From the NCBI RefSeq assembly GCF_053078305.1, contig NZ_CP166879.1: a DNA stretch of 64,000 nt; one strand, written 5' to 3'. The notes under the pieces were generated by a model that saw nothing but the letters and a program-made list of their open reading frames with translations, had not been told where the DNA came from and ran no database searches. This document shows, one piece after another, positions 52,738-64,000 of this stretch; within the stretch, counting starts at the first letter, position 1, and each line of letters opens with the position of its first letter. The position numbers and the translations under genes are program-made.

Positions 52738-53121
52738 TTATTCATAGCGTCTGCTACGTGCGGGACGAGGTCGGGTGTACCAGGCAATGCTGCCTAACAA
52801 TGCCCCGACCAGAGCCATAAATAAAAATCCGACCAGTGCCCCTAACCACTTTCCCGCGGTAGAGCCTAAATCGCTTTCAAATCCCGACACGGGGGCATCG
52901 GGGATCCGGCTCATCACCCAGATGTAACGCGCCATTGCCCAGACGAAATAGCCACACCATGTATAGAAAGCCCACAATGCCAGTTTGCCGCCAGGGCTGC
53001 GAGAGAGTCTCTCTTCCATCTTTGTAGAACCGTATTCCATTTTGAGATAACCCGGAAAATTCAGACTTAGTACTATTATGTGATAAAAGTCACATTTTTC
53101 CACATTGGATGAGCCAGTCAA
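52738..53121 (-). CDS. yedR: inner membrane protein YedR
   Basis: 127 aa ORF with two TM helices; start uncertain. Confidence 0.8.
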   Translation of the reverse strand: MTGSSNVEKCDFYHIIVLSLNFPGYLKMEYGSTKMEERLSRSPGGKLALWAFYTWCGYFVWAMARYIWVMSRIPDAPVSGFESDLGSTAGKWLGALVGFLFMALVGALLGSIAWYTRPRPARSRRYE

Positions 53122-53267
53122 GACTCACTCATTTTTTGAACAAATAGATAAATTTTGCGCAACGGCAGTGAATACAGGAAAAATCGTTTTGAGCGATTTT
53201 ATTTATCTTTGATATCGGCTTTATTAATTCATTCAATCAATATATTAGCACTGATTACAATTATACC

Positions 53268-53358
53268 TTTTTATTATTCTGTGTCATGATGCTTCCGTTA
53301 TTAGCCTTTTATCGTCTTGTTTATATTTTTTGGGCCGGCATGATGCCGGCTTTTTTTT
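53268..53358 (+). ncRNA. rseX: putative small RNA (RseX-like position) ending at an intrinsic terminator
   Basis: Strong hairpin gggccggcatgatgccggc plus T8 at 53332-53358 in the AT-rich yedR-yedS spacer; 5' end not determined. Confidence 0.35.
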
Positions 53359-53669
53359 ATGCCTTCATTAATGTGCGCGTGATCACACCAGGTGTTTGGC
53401 GCAACAATCATTGATACCCCCTATCTTTCCGCTCAACTCATAACATATTGATATACATTTATAATTTTCATGAATATTTATATTTAGAATTCATAATTAT
53501 GAATTATATTAAATAGATTGGAAACATTTTGAAATCTTTTAAATACATTTGTTACATGTAATCCTTAAAATAAAATGAACTTCATAGAATAGTATCCAAA
53601 TGTGCTTTTTTTTGGATAACGGCACTTATTGATATATTCATGAAGATTATAATCACAAGGGAATACATA

Positions 53670-54857
53670 ATGAAAAGAAAAGTTCTGGCAATGCTGGTCC
53701 CGGCGTTATTAGTTGCTGGCGCAGCAAATGCGGCTGAAGTCTATAATAAAGATGGTAATAAACTGGATTTGTACGGAAAAGTAGCGGGCCTGCACTACTT
53801 CTCTGATGATGCTGGCAGCGATGGCGACATGTCATATGCCCGTATCGGTTTCAAAGGTGAAACTCAGATCGCTGACCAATTCACTGGTTATGGTCAGTGG
53901 GAATTTAACATTGGCGCAAACGGTCCTGAAAGCGACAAGGGTAATACCGCAACGCGTCTGGCATTTGCAGGTTTCGGCTTTGGTCAGAATGGTACTTTCG
54001 ACTATGGTCGTAACTACGGTGTCGTATATGACGTAGAAGCATGGACCGATATGCTGCCAGAATTTGGTGGCGATACCTATGCTGGCGCTGACAACTTCAT
54101 GAACGGTCGTGCTAATGGTGTTGCAACCTACCGTAACAATGGCTTCTTTGGTCAGGTCGATGGCCTGAACTTTGCTCTGCAATATCAGGGTAATAATGAA
54201 GATGATGGATTATTCGGTCAGGAAGGTTCTGGTAACGGTAATGGCCGTAAGTTAGCTAAAGAGAACGGCGACGGCTTCGGTATGTCCACTTCCTATGACT
54301 TCGACTTCGGTTTAAGTCTGGGTGCTGCATATTCTAACTCTGACCGTACCGACAATCAGGTTCACAAAGGTACTCATAACACTCGTTATGGAGATCGCTT
54401 CGATGCAACTGCTGGCGGTGAAACAGCAGAAGCATGGACCGTTGGTGCTAAATACGACGCTAATAACGTTTACTTAGCAGCTATGTATGCTGAAACCCGT
54501 AACATGACTGGTTACGGTGATGCTGATGCCATCGCTAACAAAACCCAAAACTTTGAAGTTGTTGCTCAGTATCAGTTCGACTTTGGTCTGCGCCCGTCCA
54601 TCGCTTACCTGCAATCTAAAGGTAAGGATTTAGGCGGTGTAAATAGTGATAACTTCGACAGCCAGGGTAATCATCACTACACCAACAAAGATCTGGTTAA
54701 ATATGTTGATATTGGTATGACCTACTACTTCAACAAAAACATGTCCACCTATGTTGATTACAAAATCAACCTGCTGGACAACGACGACGACTTCTACAAA
54801 GAAAACGGCATCGCTACCGATGATATCGTTGCTGTGGGCTTAGTCTACCAGTTCTAA
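53670..54857 (+). CDS. yedS: outer membrane porin, OmpC/OmpF family, uninterrupted reading frame
   Basis: Signal peptide [21 protein letters not shown] then [17 protein letters not shown]-terminal VGLVYQF; continuous frame across the full porin length. Confidence 0.85.
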   Translation: MKRKVLAMLVPALLVAGAANAAEVYNKDGNKLDLYGKVAGLHYFSDDAGSDGDMSYARIGFKGETQIADQFTGYGQWEFNIGANGPESDKGNTATRLAFAGFGFGQNGTFDYGRNYGVVYDVEAWTDMLPEFGGDTYAGADNFMNGRANGVATYRNNGFFGQVDGLNFALQYQGNNEDDGLFGQEGSGNGNGRKLAKENGDGFGMSTSYDFDFGLSLGAAYSNSDRTDNQVHKGTHNTRYGDRFDATAGGETAEAWTVGAKYDANNVYLAAMYAETRNMTGYGDADAIANKTQNFEVVAQYQFDFGLRPSIAYLQSKGKDLGGVNSDNFDSQGNHHYTNKDLVKYVDIGMTYYFNKNMSTYVDYKINLLDNDDDFYKENGIATDDIVAVGLVYQF

Positions 54858-54898
54858 TCAGCCAACGCGCCGCGGCGTGTTACTGTAAAACTGAACAC

Positions 54899-54935
54899 TA
54901 GCCTGAGTTCGTCCCTCATCGAACTCAGGCTTTTT
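54899..54935 (+). terminator. rho-independent terminator after yedS
   Basis: Hairpin agcctgagttcg...cgaactcaggct followed by T-run. Confidence 0.7.
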
Positions 54936-55448
54936 TATTGGCATTTCATCTCCATCTGCGGCACACGCAATTGCCGAAGCATATCGATACAGCACCTTAG
55001 CCTGCCCCTCCTGGCACAATAACATCAACCAGCTACTCTTCAAGCTAACACCCAAATGCATTTCTTTATGAATTAATCCGTAACAAACACGCTTCCCATA
55101 TAGAAATATTTGCAAAAATAGTGCATGAAATAAGCTTTTTCTCTACCAATCCGCGATATAAATATTCATCAGCACCACAATATTCCACAGCACTAAATCT
55201 CTCCCCGCCGCCCCGTACCTCTGATAATGGTCTAAAATCATTGAGGCCACTTGCGACGACGTTACTCAATAAGGAAAATTTGGCGTGAATAATATTCAAC
55301 ACCAGTGCAGCATCATCATTACATACTTACACCCGCCGACTACAGCTTTCGATATATTGACTCAATTTTCCAGCCTGGTTAAAAATAGCGACCAGCTCAG
55401 TCGCAAATATAGTGACTACCCTAACTAAGCAACAATAAGGAATACACT

Positions 55449-56300
55449 ATGACTGTTCAAACAAGTAAAAATCCGCAGGTCGATATTGCTGAAGATCATG
55501 CATTCTTCCCTTCAGAATATTCGCTTAGCCAATATACCAGTCCTGTCTCTGATCTTGATGGCGTGGACTATCCAAAACCTTATCGCGGTAAACATAAAAT
55601 TCTGGTGATCGCCGCGGACGAACGTTATTTGCCGACCGATAACGGAAAACTGTTCTCGACCGGTAACCATCCGATTGAAACGTTGCTGCCGTTGTATCAT
55701 CTCCATGCTGCAGGTTTCGAATTCGAAGTGGCGACCATTTCCGGTCTGATGACCAAGTTTGAATACTGGGCTATGCCGCACAAAGATGAAAAAGTAATGC
55801 CATTCTTTGAGCAGCATAAATCGTTGTTCCGCAATCCGAAGAAACTCGCGGATGTTGTCGCCAGCCTCAACGCTGATAGCGAATATGCAGCAATCTTTGT
55901 TCCTGGTGGTCATGGCGCACTTATTGGTTTACCTGAAAGCCAGGACGTAGCTGCCGCTTTACAGTGGGCAATCAAAAATGACCGTTTTGTTATCTCCCTT
56001 TGCCACGGCCCGGCGGCTTTTCTGGCGCTTCGCCACGGCGATAACCCACTGAATGGTTATTCCATTTGCGCATTCCCAGACGCCGCAGACAAACAAACGC
56101 CAGAGATTGGCTATATGCCGGGTCATCTCACCTGGTACTTCGGCGAAGAGCTGAAGAAAATGGGCATGAACATTATTAATGACGACATCACCGGGCGAGT
56201 ACATAAGGACCGTAAAGTTCTCACCGGCGACAGTCCTTTCGCAGCGAATGCGTTGGGTAAACTGGCGGCGCAGGAAATGCTGGCAGCTTACGCGGGTTAA
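55449..56300 (+). CDS. hchA: Hsp31 glyoxalase / protein deglycase
   Basis: 283 aa; DJ-1/PfpI fold. Confidence 0.95.
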   Translation: MTVQTSKNPQVDIAEDHAFFPSEYSLSQYTSPVSDLDGVDYPKPYRGKHKILVIAADERYLPTDNGKLFSTGNHPIETLLPLYHLHAAGFEFEVATISGLMTKFEYWAMPHKDEKVMPFFEQHKSLFRNPKKLADVVASLNADSEYAAIFVPGGHGALIGLPESQDVAAALQWAIKNDRFVISLCHGPAAFLALRHGDNPLNGYSICAFPDAADKQTPEIGYMPGHLTWYFGEELKKMGMNIINDDITGRVHKDRKVLTGDSPFAANALGKLAAQEMLAAYAG

Positions 56301-56407
56301 TCCCTGTTACGTTTGAATGTAAGCGCATAATCAATCGCAGCCGCGTTAGTATTCACGACGTGGCTGCGTTTTTTCACGGTTAATTTATGGCGTACTGAAG
56401 CCCTATG

Positions 56408-57766
56408 TTAATTTCTTTGCGGCAACGTAATCCGGAACACATTATGCTTATTGAGATAGTGATACGTAGCACTTCCCCCATGTAATTCGGCAATCGCTTT
56501 GACTAAAGAAAGGCCTAGTCCCTGACCTACGGAATGACGCGAATTATCTCCCCGCCAAAATCTACGGAAGAGTTTTTCAGGCTCATTAATTTTCGTTCCA
56601 GGGCTGGCGATATCAATATTAAGATAGCTGTTGGTATCAAGAAAACTGGTTATATGAATACGCGATTTTTCTGGCGAATATCGAATAGCGTTAACAATAA
56701 GATTCGATAACATTCGTTGCAGTAAAATTTTATCCGCAAAGATTTGCTGATTGCACTCGACCTTAAAGCAAATCTCTTTCTCGTCTGAAAGATATTCAAG
56801 ATAGTCCAACAAATTTTCGACTTCCTTATTGAGAGAAAGCGAGTCCAGTTTCACCAAAACATTGTTTTTATCTGCCCTGGCAAGAAACAGTATGTTCTCT
56901 GTTAACCGCGAAATATTTTCCAGTTCTTCAATGTTACCGGCAATTGTTTTTTGATATTCAGCGATACTTCTGGTTTGACTGAGCGTAACCTGATTCTGAC
57001 CCAGTAATGCATTAATTGGCGTTCTAAGTTCATGAGCGAGATCGTCAGCAAACTGACTTAGACGCTCAAAATCTTTGACTAAAGCATGATGCATTTTATT
57101 CAACGCCTGCCCAAGAGGTTTTAGTTCTCTCGGTAATGCGCTAACCTCAACAGGCTCCCGGCTATCGTTATAATTCAGCGCTTCCGTTACACCACTCAAC
57201 TTTTTGATCTCTCGTAACCCCGTTCGGATTAACAGCGGACTTAATACTGAGCACAGTATAATGGCGACAATGCAAATTATAATGCTATTGATTTTATACT
57301 GTTCAAGCATGTTATGTCTGGCTGAAGCCAATTTAGCCACAGTAACCGTTAATGATGGCGAAACTTCATCAATATTAATTCGTAAAGCATCTATCTCTGT
57401 ATCATTAATAATGCTTCTGTAAATGCCAGCTGCGCTGATTGTCTCACTAGCAGGTATGTTATTTAACATGCCATCACTGACATTTGTCCGGTTAACAATT
57501 TTATTGATGCTATCACCATGAATGATCAAGATATCCTGACTAACATCCATCATCCGGTTAAAGTACACAGGTAACGTATCTGGATTTACCCCATCAATTA
57601 ACAACTGCTTGATCTGTGCTGTCCGGTTAATGAGTGTTGTATCATCGCGCCATTTCAACTCACTTGCCAGGCCATTATAGAGAGTCCAGACAATTCCGGC
57701 GCCAGCAACAGACAGCAGCAATATAAAAAGCAAGGTTAAACGGACGGTTATAGATAATCTTTTCAT
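56408..57766 (-). CDS. hprS: sensor histidine kinase
   Basis: 452 aa; two TM helices, HAMP, H-box HELRTP, ATPase domain. Confidence 0.9.
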   Translation of the reverse strand: MKRLSITVRLTLLFILLLSVAGAGIVWTLYNGLASELKWRDDTTLINRTAQIKQLLIDGVNPDTLPVYFNRMMDVSQDILIIHGDSINKIVNRTNVSDGMLNNIPASETISAAGIYRSIINDTEIDALRINIDEVSPSLTVTVAKLASARHNMLEQYKINSIIICIVAIILCSVLSPLLIRTGLREIKKLSGVTEALNYNDSREPVEVSALPRELKPLGQALNKMHHALVKDFERLSQFADDLAHELRTPINALLGQNQVTLSQTRSIAEYQKTIAGNIEELENISRLTENILFLARADKNNVLVKLDSLSLNKEVENLLDYLEYLSDEKEICFKVECNQQIFADKILLQRMLSNLIVNAIRYSPEKSRIHITSFLDTNSYLNIDIASPGTKINEPEKLFRRFWRGDNSRHSVGQGLGLSLVKAIAELHGGSATYHYLNKHNVFRITLPQRN

Positions 57767-58437
57767 TATTTTTTTACCGCTACGAATGAATAGCCCATCC
57801 CCCGGATTGTAGCGATTAGCTTCTCAGGAAAAGGATCATCAACTTTTGCGCGGAGCCTGCGAATGGCAACATCCACCGTATTGGTATCACTATCAAAGTT
57901 GATTCCCCAAATTTCACTCGCAATAACCGTTCTGGGTATAATTTCGCCAGCTCTGGAGGCCAGTAGCCAAAGTAACTGAAACTCCTTGCGCGTCAGTGTA
58001 ATACTGATATTGTCCCTGCTCACACTTTGACTAACAGAGTCCATTCTTAAGCCGCTGATTTCTAATGTTGAATTCAAAGCGTGATGTTGCCTTAATTGTG
58101 CCCGAACCCTTGCCAGCAACTCAGAAAATGAAAAAGGTTTTACCAGATAATCATTTGCTCCACTGTCCAGCCCTCTGACTCTGTCATCGACAGAATCCCT
58201 TGCAGTAAGGCAAATAACAGGGGTTTGCTTTGCCGTTCTTAACGTTTGTAAGATCTGCCAGCCATCCATACCCGGAAGCATAATATCCAGAATGATCAAT
58301 GCATAATCATCCTTCAGCGCAAGATAAAGCCCATCTCTGCCATCAGAAACGGCATCAATGACATAACCCGCTTCGGAAAGCCCCTGCGTTACCCACTCCT
58401 GGGTCCTTTGATTATCTTCAATAAGTAAAATCTTCAT
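57766..58437 (-). CDS. hprR: OmpR-family response regulator
   Basis: Likely start MKILLIEDN; overlaps kinase gene. Confidence 0.9.
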   Translation of the reverse strand: MKILLIEDNQRTQEWVTQGLSEAGYVIDAVSDGRDGLYLALKDDYALIILDIMLPGMDGWQILQTLRTAKQTPVICLTARDSVDDRVRGLDSGANDYLVKPFSFSELLARVRAQLRQHHALNSTLEISGLRMDSVSQSVSRDNISITLTRKEFQLLWLLASRAGEIIPRTVIASEIWGINFDSDTNTVDVAIRRLRAKVDDPFPEKLIATIRGMGYSFVAVKK

Positions 58438-58569
58438 GAAAATAATATGCCATAAATCATATGTTATAGAAACAGCCTGGTTCATTACAAAATTGTAATG
58501 CTGCTGTAAGGTTACCCTGGACGCTTTTTCGCTATCCTCAAAACTCATTCACATGACAAGGATATAAAC

Positions 58570-58983
58570 ATGTTAAAGCGTTATTTAGTACTCTCGGTAG
58601 CAACGGCAGCATTTTCATTACCTTCTTTGGTTAATGCCGCACAACAAAACATTCTTAGCGTGCACATTTTGAACCAGCAAACAGGAAAACCCGCTGCTGA
58701 CGTGACAGTCACTCTTGAAAAGAAGGCGGATAACGGCTGGTTACAACTTAATACCGCCAAAACAGATAAGGATGGACGAATTAAGGCACTGTGGCCCGAG
58801 CAAACTGCAACTACGGGCGATTACCGTGTCGTATTTAAAACCGGGGACTATTTCAAGAAACAAAATCTTGAAAGTTTCTTCCCTGAGATCCCCGTTGAAT
58901 TTCATATTAATAAAGTGAACGAGCATTATCATGTGCCTTTATTACTTAGCCAATATGGGTATTCAACCTATCGTGGCAGTTAA
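58570..58983 (+). CDS. hiuH: 5-hydroxyisourate hydrolase (transthyretin-like)
   Basis: 137 aa with signal peptide; C-terminal YRGS. Confidence 0.9.
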
Positions 58984-59085
58984 TGCATAAATATGTAAAA
59001 GCAGATCTCTGCTACTGTTAGGGAGGACACTCCCTGACAGATTAACAGTAAACGGCTCTTGCTGGCTAACGACAAAAAAGTGTGA

Positions 59086-60096
<1,011 letters not shown>

Positions 60097-60732
60097 ATGC
60101 GTCTGACAGCAAAACAGGTGACATGGCTGAAAGTTTGCCTGCATCTTGCCGGATTGTTGCCGTTTCTCTGGCTGGTCTGGGCGATCAATCACGGTGGACT
60201 GGGTGCCGATCCGGTGAAAGATATTCAGCATTTTACCGGTCGCACTGCACTGAAATTTTTGCTGGCGACCTTGTTAATCACACCTCTGGCACGCTACGCA
60301 AAACAGCCGTTATTGATACGCACTCGCCGCCTGTTAGGCTTATGGTGCTTTGCCTGGGCGACACTGCATTTAACCAGTTACGCATTGCTGGAGCTGGGCG
60401 TGAATAATCTGGCGTTATTAGGCAAGGAGTTAATTACCCGGCCTTATTTAACGTTAGGAATTATCAGCTGGGTTATTTTGCTTGCTTTAGCGTTTACTTC
60501 AACCCAGGCGATGCAGCGAAAACTCGGCAAGCACTGGCAACAGTTGCATAATTTCGTCTATCTTGTCGCGATCCTGACCCCAATACATTATCTGTGGTCA
60601 GTGAAGATTATTTCACCGCAGCCGCTCATCTACGCTGGGCTGGCTGTACTGCTTTTAGCCTTACGGTATAAGAAGTTGCGTTCCCTTTTTAACCGGTTAC
60701 GCAAGCAGGTTCACAACAAATTATCTGTATAA
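60097..60732 (+). CDS. msrQ: methionine sulfoxide reductase heme-binding membrane subunit
   Basis: 211 aa membrane protein immediately after msrP. Confidence 0.95.
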   Translation: MRLTAKQVTWLKVCLHLAGLLPFLWLVWAINHGGLGADPVKDIQHFTGRTALKFLLATLLITPLARYAKQPLLIRTRRLLGLWCFAWATLHLTSYALLELGVNNLALLGKELITRPYLTLGIISWVILLALAFTSTQAMQRKLGKHWQQLHNFVYLVAILTPIHYLWSVKIISPQPLIYAGLAVLLLALRYKKLRSLFNRLRKQVHNKLSV

Positions 60733-60744
60733 CTTCATATTGCC

Positions 60745-60830
60745 GACAAAGTACGCGTTATCCCTGCCGGATGTGGCGCGAGCGCCCTATCCGGCCTACG
60801 CAGATCACATCAGGTTATGTTTCGTTTGTC
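60745..60830. repeat. REP element
   Basis: gccggatgtggcgcgagcgccctatccggcctacg palindromic unit. Confidence 0.6.
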
Positions 60831-60933
60831 ATCAACCTCAAATTATCAACATAATTCATTTTATTTCAATAAGATAGATAAGTACACCTGAGAAAACTAT
60901 GCTCTCATCTCCTAAGAGTTGTTGCATTTTGTC

Positions 60934-60954
60934 ATATGTTACAATATAACATTA
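60934..60954. promoter_or_regulatory. Zur box upstream of zinT
   Basis: Near-palindrome atgttacaatataacat in the AT-rich promoter region. Confidence 0.55.
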
Positions 60955-60967
60955 CACATCATATACA

Positions 60968-61639
60968 ATGACTCTGGAGGAAACTGTTTTGGCGATTCGT
61001 CTTCACAAACTGGCTGTTGCTTTAGGTGTCTTTATTGTTAGCGCTCCTGCCTTTTCGCATGGTCATCACTCACACGGCAAACCCTTAACAGAGGTCGAAC
61101 AAAAAGCTGCTAATGGTGTTTTTGATGATGCCAATGTACAAAACCGAACGCTCAGTGACTGGGATGGAGTCTGGCAATCCGTTTATCCTTTACTGCAAAG
61201 TGGCAAACTTGACCCCGTCTTTCAGAAGAAAGCGGATGCAGATAAAACTAAAACATTTGCTGAAATTAAAGATTATTATCACAAAGGTTATGCAACAGAT
61301 ATCGAGATGATTGGCATTGAGGACGGCATTGTTGAATTCCATAGAAATAATGAAACAACATCCTGTAAATATGATTACGATGGATACAAAATACTCACCT
61401 ATAAATCAGGCAAGAAAGGCGTTCGTTACTTATTCGAATGTAAAGATCCTGAAAGCAAAGCCCCTAAATATATACAATTTAGCGATCATATAATTGCACC
61501 ACGAAAATCATCTCATTTTCACATTTTTATGGGTAATGATTCACAGCAATCTTTATTAAATGAAATGGAAAACTGGCCAACGTATTATCCATATCAGTTG
61601 AGTAGCGAAGAAGTGGTCGAGGAAATGATGTCTCATTGA
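60968..61639 (+). CDS. zinT: periplasmic zinc/metal-binding protein
   Basis: Signal peptide then His-rich [12 protein letters not shown]; exact start codon uncertain. Confidence 0.9.
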   Translation: MTLEETVLAIRLHKLAVALGVFIVSAPAFSHGHHSHGKPLTEVEQKAANGVFDDANVQNRTLSDWDGVWQSVYPLLQSGKLDPVFQKKADADKTKTFAEIKDYYHKGYATDIEMIGIEDGIVEFHRNNETTSCKYDYDGYKILTYKSGKKGVRYLFECKDPESKAPKYIQFSDHIIAPRKSSHFHIFMGNDSQQSLLNEMENWPTYYPYQLSSEEVVEEMMSH

Positions 61640-61981
61640 GTATTCTCATGATAACGCCTCGATGCCGCTTTAGTAAGTCATCATAACTGCCACTGGTCCA
61701 TCCACAAACGCCACTGAACGCAAGCTAGCTACAGACACGCTCATCACTATGACGTGTCTGTATATTAATAAGCTAACCCGCATTGAGTTAACCAATAACG
61801 GATTCCATACATAATACGGCCAACAGAGAAAGATACCTGTGCTCACGCCATTGCTTATATTGGCTGGTTACAATGTGCACTATCAATTTTTTAAATAACA
61901 AATTCTTAAAACCACATCTGTATAAGGAATTTTTAAGGTTCGTGGGATAGCTTGACTGTGAAAATCACAGGAGCTACAAAA

Positions 61982-62512
61982 ATGAACCGATTCTCAAAAA
62001 CTCAAATTTATTTACATTGGATAACGCTGCTTTTCGTTGCAATAACCTATGCCGCGATGGAACTCCGTGGCTGGTTTCCTAAAGGTAGTAGTACTTATCT
62101 GCTAATGCGAGAAACACATTACAATGCGGGTATATTCGTTTGGGTGTTAATGTTTTCACGCCTGATTATAAAACACCGTTATAGTGATCCTTCTATTGTG
62201 CCACCGCCACCTGCCTGGCAAATGAAAGCGGCTTCGCTAATGCACATCATGCTTTATATAACCTTCCTTGCACTTCCTCTGCTGGGGATTGCTTTGATGG
62301 CTTACAGTGGAAAATCGTGGAGTTTCCTTGGTTTCAATGTGTCTCCCTTTGTTACCCCAAACAGCGAAATTAAAGCACTGATAAAAAATATTCACGAAAC
62401 CTGGGCAAATATAGGCTACTTTTTAATCGCAGCTCACGCTGGCGCAGCACTCTTTCATCACTACATTCAGAAAGATAATACTCTGTTACGAATGATGCCT
62501 CGCCGCAAATAA
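61982..62512 (+). CDS. yodB: cytochrome b561 family protein
   Basis: Starts MNRFSKTQIYLHWIT; four TM helices with conserved His. Confidence 0.9.
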   Translation: MNRFSKTQIYLHWITLLFVAITYAAMELRGWFPKGSSTYLLMRETHYNAGIFVWVLMFSRLIIKHRYSDPSIVPPPPAWQMKAASLMHIMLYITFLALPLLGIALMAYSGKSWSFLGFNVSPFVTPNSEIKALIKNIHETWANIGYFLIAAHAGAALFHHYIQKDNTLLRMMPRRK

Positions 62513-63070
62513 GTCGATCCCCTGACAAGGAAATGTGAACCATGGACATCAACGCGTCATAAATGTTTACGCAAGTGCACAATGCACCCTTTCCACTATC
62601 AACAAGGAGGAGCAGAAACTGTGTAAATCGTACAATGGTAAGACTTATCAAAAATACAGGTTAATTTTGGTATTTAAACCTTTTTTACTTGTTAGTATGA
62701 TACAAAGGCTTTCAAAAAAGCTGGGAAATTCAACAACTCTTGGAAATTATGGACTTTGTCCCGCGGCTTTAATCTGACGGCCGCGTTCCTTTTTTGACTC
62801 AATTATTGACCCCTTCTCTACGCAACTTCGGTTCCCACCACCAACTTTGCGGCAGTTTCATAGGATGAATGTCTAAAAGAATAATGGTGAGCGATAAGAA
62901 AACGACTGAATAACTGCACATTTTCGCTCGAAAGCTTCCTGTCAGATCCATAGCGAATCAAGTGCTGAATGTCACAGTATCGAACAGAAAACAGTGACGA
63001 TCTAACCCTTCAAGAATATTCTACGATTGTTCTGTTTAGGAAAAGCAAGGCGGGAAGTCGGGAGATAAGT

Positions 63071-63131
63071 CATTGATAAAGTGGCGGAGAGAGGGGGATT
63101 TGAACCCCCGGTAGAGTTGCCCCTACTCCGG
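63071..63131 (-). pseudogene. tRNA-Ser (serU-type) 3' fragment, 5'-truncated; probable integration-site core copy
   Basis: Reverse complement matches tRNA-Ser from the anticodon arm through T-arm, acceptor 3' strand and CCA; similarity stops after ...ttttcgagacc at 63131. Confidence 0.75.
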
Positions 63132-63352
63132 TTTTCGAGACCGATGATACCGAACCGTAAAATCAAAAGGTTATAAATTTTTCTTGGAATAAATGTCTTA
63201 AAAACATACACGCAAAATCAATAAATTACGCGAAATTTGAGAAGAATATTCCAAGCCTTCTTTGAGTTATTTTTAACCATCTTGCTGTTTTTCTTTCTGA
63301 TAAAATATTGCCTGATATCCCTTAACATTACTAATACTTGCGTAGTGAATGT

Positions 63353-63682
63353 ATGAACAATCCGAATCCATGCATGACGTGTGGTGCCTGTTGTGCATTT
63401 TTCCGCGTCTCTTTTTACTGGGCTGAAGCCGATGATGCTGGCGGTACTATTCCCGCCAGGCTCACTGAACAAATATCCCCTTTTCACCGATGCATGAGCG
63501 GTACCAATCAGAAAAACCCCCGATGTGTCGCTCTGGCGGGAACTCCGGGTAAAAACGCATATTGCTCTGTTTACAAAAACCGTCCGTCCACATGCCGGGA
63601 ATTCGCAATGTCCGGAGAAAATGGCATCGCGAATGATGCATGCAACCGCGCACGGGCAAAATACGGACTTCCGGAAATCTGA
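63353..63682 (+). CDS. YkgJ-family (UPF0153) cysteine-cluster protein
   Basis: [21 protein letters not shown]... with CxxCxxCC and later Cys motifs; lies beyond the tRNA fragment. Confidence 0.6.
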   Translation: MNNPNPCMTCGACCAFFRVSFYWAEADDAGGTIPARLTEQISPFHRCMSGTNQKNPRCVALAGTPGKNAYCSVYKNRPSTCREFAMSGENGIANDACNRARAKYGLPEI

Positions 63683-63810
63683 AAATTATCCATATCAACA
63701 GAGTGCTCCTGAAACAAGATCAGCATCACGTACAGAATTAACATTTCCGTGGCAGTATTCGTCCGGCATAGTGTATACCTTCACAATAATGACATAATCA
63801 ACGCAGTTCA

Positions 63811-63840
63811 TGGGGGAGGTGATGGTCCCCCATCTTTTTG
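63811..63840 (+). terminator. rho-independent terminator
   Basis: Hairpin gggggaggtgatggtccccc followed by tcttttt. Confidence 0.55.
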
Positions 63841-63845
63841 TCTGT

Positions 63846-64000
63846 TATTCCTGTGCCCAGCCAACCCTGTATGCCAGTATCTCATCCGCACTGGTCAGCT
63901 TTTCCAGCTCCTTCTTCATGGTGCGCTGCCGGACGTGGATTTCCATCCCTTTGGTGAACATCGCCTGCTCTGCCGCTTCACTCAGCGCTATAAGCTCTTC
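63846..64000 (-). CDS. hypothetical protein, C-terminal part only (5' end beyond window)
   Basis: Open frame to the window edge ending ...KLTSADEILAYRVGWAQE then stop at 63846-63848. Confidence 0.4.

Noticed and set aside
53670-54857. Porin gene considered as ompC
   Set aside because: Sequence is an OmpC paralog but differs in loop regions and lies between yedR and hchA, the yedS position.
62535-62777. 80 aa plus-strand ORF in the yodB-tRNA spacer
   Set aside because: No ribosome-binding site, unconvincing composition and no recognisable motif; more likely non-coding.

Overview
This window reads as an Escherichia coli chromosomal segment spanning the ftnB-ftnA-tyrP-uvrC-sdiA-tcyJ region, the fliA-fliC-fliD-amyA and fliE-fliR flagellar clusters, and rcsA-dsrA-dcm-hchA-msrPQ-zinT-yodB. 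Gene identities are from reading the supplied ORF translations against remembered protein families; no database search was run. Three places do not look like ordinary core genome. (1) Positions 1 to about 7255 are the repressor-end arm of a Mu-like transposable prophage (c repressor, Ner, MuA-like transposase, MuB-like ATPase, Gam, several small unassigned early genes); it has replaced the 5' part of ftnB and continues upstream of the window. (2) A low-GC islet between yedK and fliE carries a frameshifted leucine-rich-repeat (IpaH/YopM-like) effector remnant, consistent with yedN. (3) After yodB, only the 3' ~61 nt of a tRNA-Ser (serU-type) gene is present, followed by non-core genes running off the window end, which suggests the edge of an island integrated at serU. 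The porin gene between yedR and hchA (yedS) is an uninterrupted reading frame. I found no CRISPR array and no recognisable complete defence operon. The best candidates for undescribed function are the unassigned small genes of the prophage early region (66-1114 and 1801-2703) and whatever cargo lies beyond the serU fragment. Coordinates of starts are approximate where the supplied ORF begins upstream of the likely true start.
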